From assembly GCA_043228905.1 (NCBI GenBank), contig JBHGNT010001223.1:1-10843 (forward strand): 10,843 nt of DNA, in the 5' to 3' direction. This DNA is from Azolla caroliniana (taxonomy: Eukaryota > Plantae > Polypodiophyta). This document shows positions 7,416-10,843 of the stretch, piece by piece (position 1 is the first letter of the stretch; the number at the start of each line of letters is the position of its first letter). The notes beneath the pieces are model-generated. The model saw only the letters and a list, made by a program, of their open reading frames with translations. It was not told where the DNA came from and made no database searches. The position numbers were made by a program, and so were the translations under genes.

Positions 7416-9057
7416 ATGAATACTCAGATGGGAAGCGCTCTTCCTACGGAGAAGCTCGACATGACAAATTTCACATCTTCAGAGTACAAGATGCATTAGT
7501 ACCTTGTCAGACAAGGATACTAGAGCTATATTGAAGGAGCTCATGAAACGCAACCCAACCCGACACACGCCGACTACCCGGCATGGGAGTAGGCTGCAAG
7601 TCGTGTGTTGTATTGCCTTGCATCATGCGTACATGATCACATGCTTGGCTATATTCGAGAGGCAAAAACGTTGAAAGAAGCATGGGGCAATCTCAAGAAG
7701 ATCGTCGCGGCCAATACGGCTGCCCGCAAGCTCCAGCTTCGTCAGGACTTGAATGACATTCAACAAAGGGACATGTCAATCGACAGCTACGCCTTGAAGA
7801 TCAAGGAGTTGTGCGATGCCCTCGGGTCAATCAATGTTGGCATTGACGATTAAGAAATGGTGCATATATGCCTCGGAGGTTTGGCACCTTGATTCAGCGC
7901 AATAAGATCCCTCGTCCTCGCAAGAGAGAATCCTCCCACCTTTTTCGATGTTCAGTCAATATTACTGGTCGAGGAAAATCACGCCCAACAGAGGAACAAC
8001 GCACCACAGGTCAGATGCTCTACTCCTAGTTGGATGACAGAAAAAATTTCGGTCATGGAAATAGAGGTCGGCTCGGACAAGGCCGTCATGGTCAGCAGAC
8101 CCAAGAGCGTAACTCTCACCAATGGCAAGCAGACAGGAACAATCCAAGAGAGTTTGGAAAAAGGGGGAGTCATCACGCTAGACCAAGCAACCGTAATAAC
8201 CCAATCAAATGCAGATATTGCGGAAAACTCGATCACTACAAAGAGGGGTGTCGAAAGAAGAAACAAGAGCCGGCCTCAACTAGCCGATAGTTCACGCACT
8301 ACGCATCGAATTCCGACTACGACAATCATATCGGAATGTTCACGAATTACGCATCGAACTCCGACTACGACGATCGTAGCGGAATGTTCATGATGAGGCA
8401 CAAAGCACACTCAATGGCGACACAAGGTGAAACAAGCACTACACCCTCAAAGAATGTATAGTTTGTCGACTCGGGAGCATCCAACCACATGACGTCTCAT
8501 GAAGATTGGTTTCGGGAATTACGAAAACCCGAATGTCCCGAATATGTCGAGACGGGCGATGACATGACTCATCCAATACAGCATATCGGGAACGTCCCAT
8601 TCGGAAACGACGGAAAACAAACCTACCTCAAGAATGTACTGCATGTCCCTATCATTACGAAAAACCTGGTCTCGGTCGGCCAGATTGTTGAACAAGGAAT
8701 GCAAGTATGATTCAATAACGATGGGTGCTTCATCGAGAGAGGCGATGAAGTTATAGCTCATGATCGTTGTGAAGGCCGTATGTTTATCTTCGAATCGAAC
8801 GAGGTGAAATCAACCATGTTTGCAAAATGCCTCAAAGTCGAAACCAACCTAAATCTGTGGCACAAAAGAATTGGTCACATTAATCTCCAGAAGCTTTAGA
8901 ACATGCAATCGAAAGGAGTCGTAATTGGACTCCCGAACTTTACGATGAAGGAGATTCTGGGCGTATGCGAAGCATGCCAATTCGGAAAACGCCGTCACCC
9001 ATTCCCAAAAGAGCAGAATGTGAGTAAAGGAATCCTAGATGTTGTACATTCAGACGT
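7416..9057 (+). pseudogene. gag-pol: Copia gag-pol polyprotein pseudogene (Gag, CCHC knuckle, aspartic protease, GAG-pre-integrase, integrase start)
   Basis: MNTQMGSALPTEKLD..., EAWGNLKK...RKLQLRQDL (Gag), CRYCGKLDHYKEGC (~8209-8250), V*FVDSGASNHMT (DSG at 8468-8476), LKNVLHVPIITKNLVSVGQ, LWHKRIGH (8855), CEACQFGK (8966) and LDVVHSDV. In-frame stops at 7497, 7521, 7590, 7851, 7890, 8027, 8288, 8459, 8708 and 8897, plus one frameshift near 8007. Confidence 0.93.
8291..8386 (+). repeat. 48-bp in-frame tandem duplication between the zinc knuckle and the protease
   Basis: 8291-8338 versus 8339-8386, 42/48 identical. Encodes FTHYASNSDYDNHIGM / FTNYASNSDYDDRSGM. Confidence 0.92.
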
Positions 9058-9865
9058 TGTCGTGAAGAAAACCGTCCATAGGCGGAATCGGCGCACCAAG
9101 GCGTGGGAACCGGTTCTTCACGCGCGCACGCTCCGAGTTGTACATAGAAACGAATTGAGAGGATAATCGGCAGGAACGGGCCCTAACTCAAGTGGAGACA
9201 AAGACCGCGCGAACAGTCTTCTCGGTCGCGCGCGCGAACTGTACGAGTCGGCGGCGTAACTACGCGGATCTGTGAAAAACGGAGCGGATCCCTGTCCAAA
9301 AGGGACAGGGAATAAAGCTGACACGACGGCCTGTTCGTCGGCCTATATAAGGAGCGGGAAAGAGCTGTTGCGGGGATATATTTTTGGGGCGCGGAGAGGA
9401 CGAAGTGCTGTCGGACCGTTTCTGGACGCTTCGCTCTCTCCGTTTCCTTCCTTCTTGAGCTCCAAAGCTTTCTGTGCAGGGTTCCGGGGAGGCTCGCGCT
9501 GTTTCGAGGAACGCCCGAGTGCTTCCGGCAGCACCTCCGACCTGCTACCCCCCCCCCATTTCCCCGTTTGTGCGTCAAAGCGAACAGGCATCGGCATCTG
9601 TTCGCCGGCCTGTTCGGTTGCAACCAACCTGTGCCCCATCGGGGGTTGTAGTCGTGTTAGCCATTTTGTTAATACACATATTTAGTCATTCGCATCCGTC
9701 TGTGTCGGTGTCTGTTCGCGTTCTCCGTGCTGAAGGGCCGTGTCCCTGTGTATCCCCGGTCCTGCGTAGCCGGTTCTCTCTCTTTCTCCTCCCTCGCTTG
9801 CTCTTTGGTTCGAGACCCCCGCGGTCCCGCCTCTATTCATCACGCACTTGCGTAATATCTCGACA
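9058..9865 (+). repeat. 5' LTR (808 bp) of the Trp-PBS element
   Basis: TGTCGTGA...TCTCGACA (7/8 inverted), TATATAA at 9344-9350, then a 4-nt spacer TCTT before the PBS. Confidence 0.88.
9344..9350 (+). promoter_or_regulatory. TATA box of the LTR promoter
   Basis: GCCTATATAAGG in an otherwise GC-rich LTR. Confidence 0.7.
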
Positions 9866-9869
9866 TCTT

Positions 9870-9887
9870 TGGTGAACCCGACGTGAA
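9870..9887 (+). other. Primer binding site complementary to tRNA-Trp
   Basis: TGGTGAACCCGACGTGAA is the reverse complement of TTCACGTCGGGTTCA-CCA, the 3' end I recall for plant cytosolic tRNA-Trp(CCA). 18 nt long. Confidence 0.85.
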
Positions 9888-9909
9888 AGAGGCGGCAGAA
9901 GAGCAGAAG

Positions 9910-10842
9910 ATGAGGGGGTCGGATCTCGCAGAGGCCATGGCTTCGGCCGTGGATCGGATCGTAAACGCGCGCGAGGGTACCGGTGCCCTCGACAGAGCTA
10001 TTGAGGCGGTCGTCGGCACGATCGGCCGGTTCGATGGGAGGGATGCCACGAAGTATCTGGCGTCCTACGGTGCAGAAATGTTGATGCGGGACATTCCGGA
10101 AGAAAGGCGTCTTGCCGGTTTTCCCCGAGTGGCAATGCCGAGCATCCATGCGGAGGTGCTCGAGGTGCGGGCGGAGAGCCGTACCTGGGAGGAGTTCGAA
10201 GGTCGGCTCCTAGAGAAATACGGGCTGGACGACGCGCTCCGGCTTTCGAAGCGAAGGTTCATGGAATGGGTGGAGTCCCCGGGGAAGGGAAGAAACGCGT
10301 CGGCACTCCTCCGGGAGTTCGAGGAAAACTTTGCGCGCCTTTCGGCGCTCGACCGAACCATCCTGGACACGAGCCGGGTCTTGCTGTTTGTCAAGTCGGT
10401 CGACGAGCGGGATCGGGAGCAAGTGGGCCTCTTGCTGGAAACCGAAGACGGGCTCACTACCGACTGGGCGGCTGTCAGGAAGGTCTGTGGCCGTTTCGAC
10501 AAACGGCGAGAATGGGCGGATAACGGGGCGACTGGGTCGGGCTCGGTCGCAGCAAGGAAGCTCGAACCAGCGCCACAGGTGCGCAAGGAAGAGACCCGGG
10601 AGTGGTTGGAAACCGGTTCGGCTTCGACCGGCGTAGTCAGAGGCTCAACCGGAGGAGCGGCGCTGGAGGAATTGACGAAGGCGATAAAGGACCTCCAAAT
10701 CGCGCAGGCCCGAAGGGAAGGAGGCGAACCGGCTCGTGACCGACGGCCGGCGGCAGGAAACAGGTGCATGTGGTGCGATGAAGTCGGCCACGTTCGGAAG
10801 GACTGCGGCGACTTCGCGGAAGCGCTGAGGGACCGGGTGGTG
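9910..10842 (+). CDS. gag: Retrotransposon Gag (or Gag-Pol) N-terminal 311 codons, 3'-partial
   Basis: ATG 22 nt after the PBS, and frame +1 has no stop to the window end: MRGSDLAEAMASAVDRIV...GRFDGRDATKYL...RTWEEFEGRLLEKYG...LEELTKAIKDLQI...CMWCDEVGHVRKDC (CX2CX4HX4C at 10765-10806). Probably absent from the ORF track because no stop is reached. Confidence 0.92.
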   Translation, partial: MRGSDLAEAMASAVDRIVNAREGTGALDRAIEAVVGTIGRFDGRDATKYLASYGAEMLMRDIPEERRLAGFPRVAMPSIHAEVLEVRAESRTWEEFEGRLLEKYGLDDALRLSKRRFMEWVESPGKGRNASALLREFEENFARLSALDRTILDTSRVLLFVKSVDERDREQVGLLLETEDGLTTDWAAVRKVCGRFDKRREWADNGATGSGSVAARKLEPAPQVRKEETREWLETGSASTGVVRGSTGGAALEELTKAIKDLQIAQARREGGEPARDRRPAAGNRCMWCDEVGHVRKDCGDFAEALRDRVV

Positions 10843-10843
10843 T

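Larger units (their letters stand above)
7040..9057 (+). mobile_element. Ty1/copia LTR retrotransposon, 5' portion (LTR, PBS, gag, protease, start of integrase), degenerate and interrupted
   Basis: LTR and iMet PBS, then gag, zinc knuckle, DSG protease, GAG-pre-integrase and integrase. Integrase directly after protease is the copia domain order. Confidence 0.95.
9058..10843 (+). mobile_element. Young GC-rich LTR retrotransposon (probably Ty3/gypsy), 5' portion running off the window
   Basis: Abrupt junction inside the copia HSDV codons, an LTR with inverted termini, a tRNA-Trp PBS and an intact gag. The superfamily is inferred from the Gag style (RFDG...TWEEF...LLEKY) and the LTR-PBS spacer. 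pol is not in the window. Confidence 0.9.

Noticed and set aside
9118-9875. Several overlapping 68-146 aa ORFs in the GC-rich LTR
   Set aside because: Stop-poor GC-rich sequence gives ORFs in many frames, and none has a recognisable motif.
9870-9887. tRNA gene
   Set aside because: Only the 18-nt complement of a tRNA 3' end including CCA is present, directly after an LTR. It is a PBS, not a cloverleaf.
10065-10769. 234-aa minus-strand ORF and other short ORFs over gag
   Set aside because: These are antisense or off-frame shadows of the GC-rich gag frame, which carries the CCHC knuckle.

Overview
This is eukaryotic, almost certainly plant, repeat-rich DNA with no recognisable host gene. It is probably from a non-seed plant such as a fern, lycophyte or bryophyte (inference from the style of the Gag proteins and the PBS types). 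From left to right: (1) a CpG-rich modular block (1-1030) with tandem duplications, CTT/CT/AT microsatellites and clustered ACGT/CCAAT motifs; (2) a 1492-bp non-autonomous hAT DNA transposon (1089-2580) with TIRs and an 8-bp TSD; (3) AT-rich decayed DNA containing a cryptic L1-type LINE reverse-transcriptase relic on the + strand (~4150-5060); (4) a nest of four LTR retrotransposons. The nest starts with a minus-strand 3' LTR plus PPT (5822-6162). This is interrupted by a Ty3/gypsy-like element with a tRNA-Arg PBS (6190-7039), which is interrupted by a degenerate Ty1/copia element with a tRNA-iMet PBS (7040-9057). The copia element is interrupted inside its integrase by a young GC-rich Ty3/gypsy-like element with an 18-nt tRNA-Trp PBS and an uninterrupted gag ORF (9910 to window end) that is missing from the supplied ORF track. 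I see no CRISPR array, RNA gene or prokaryotic system.
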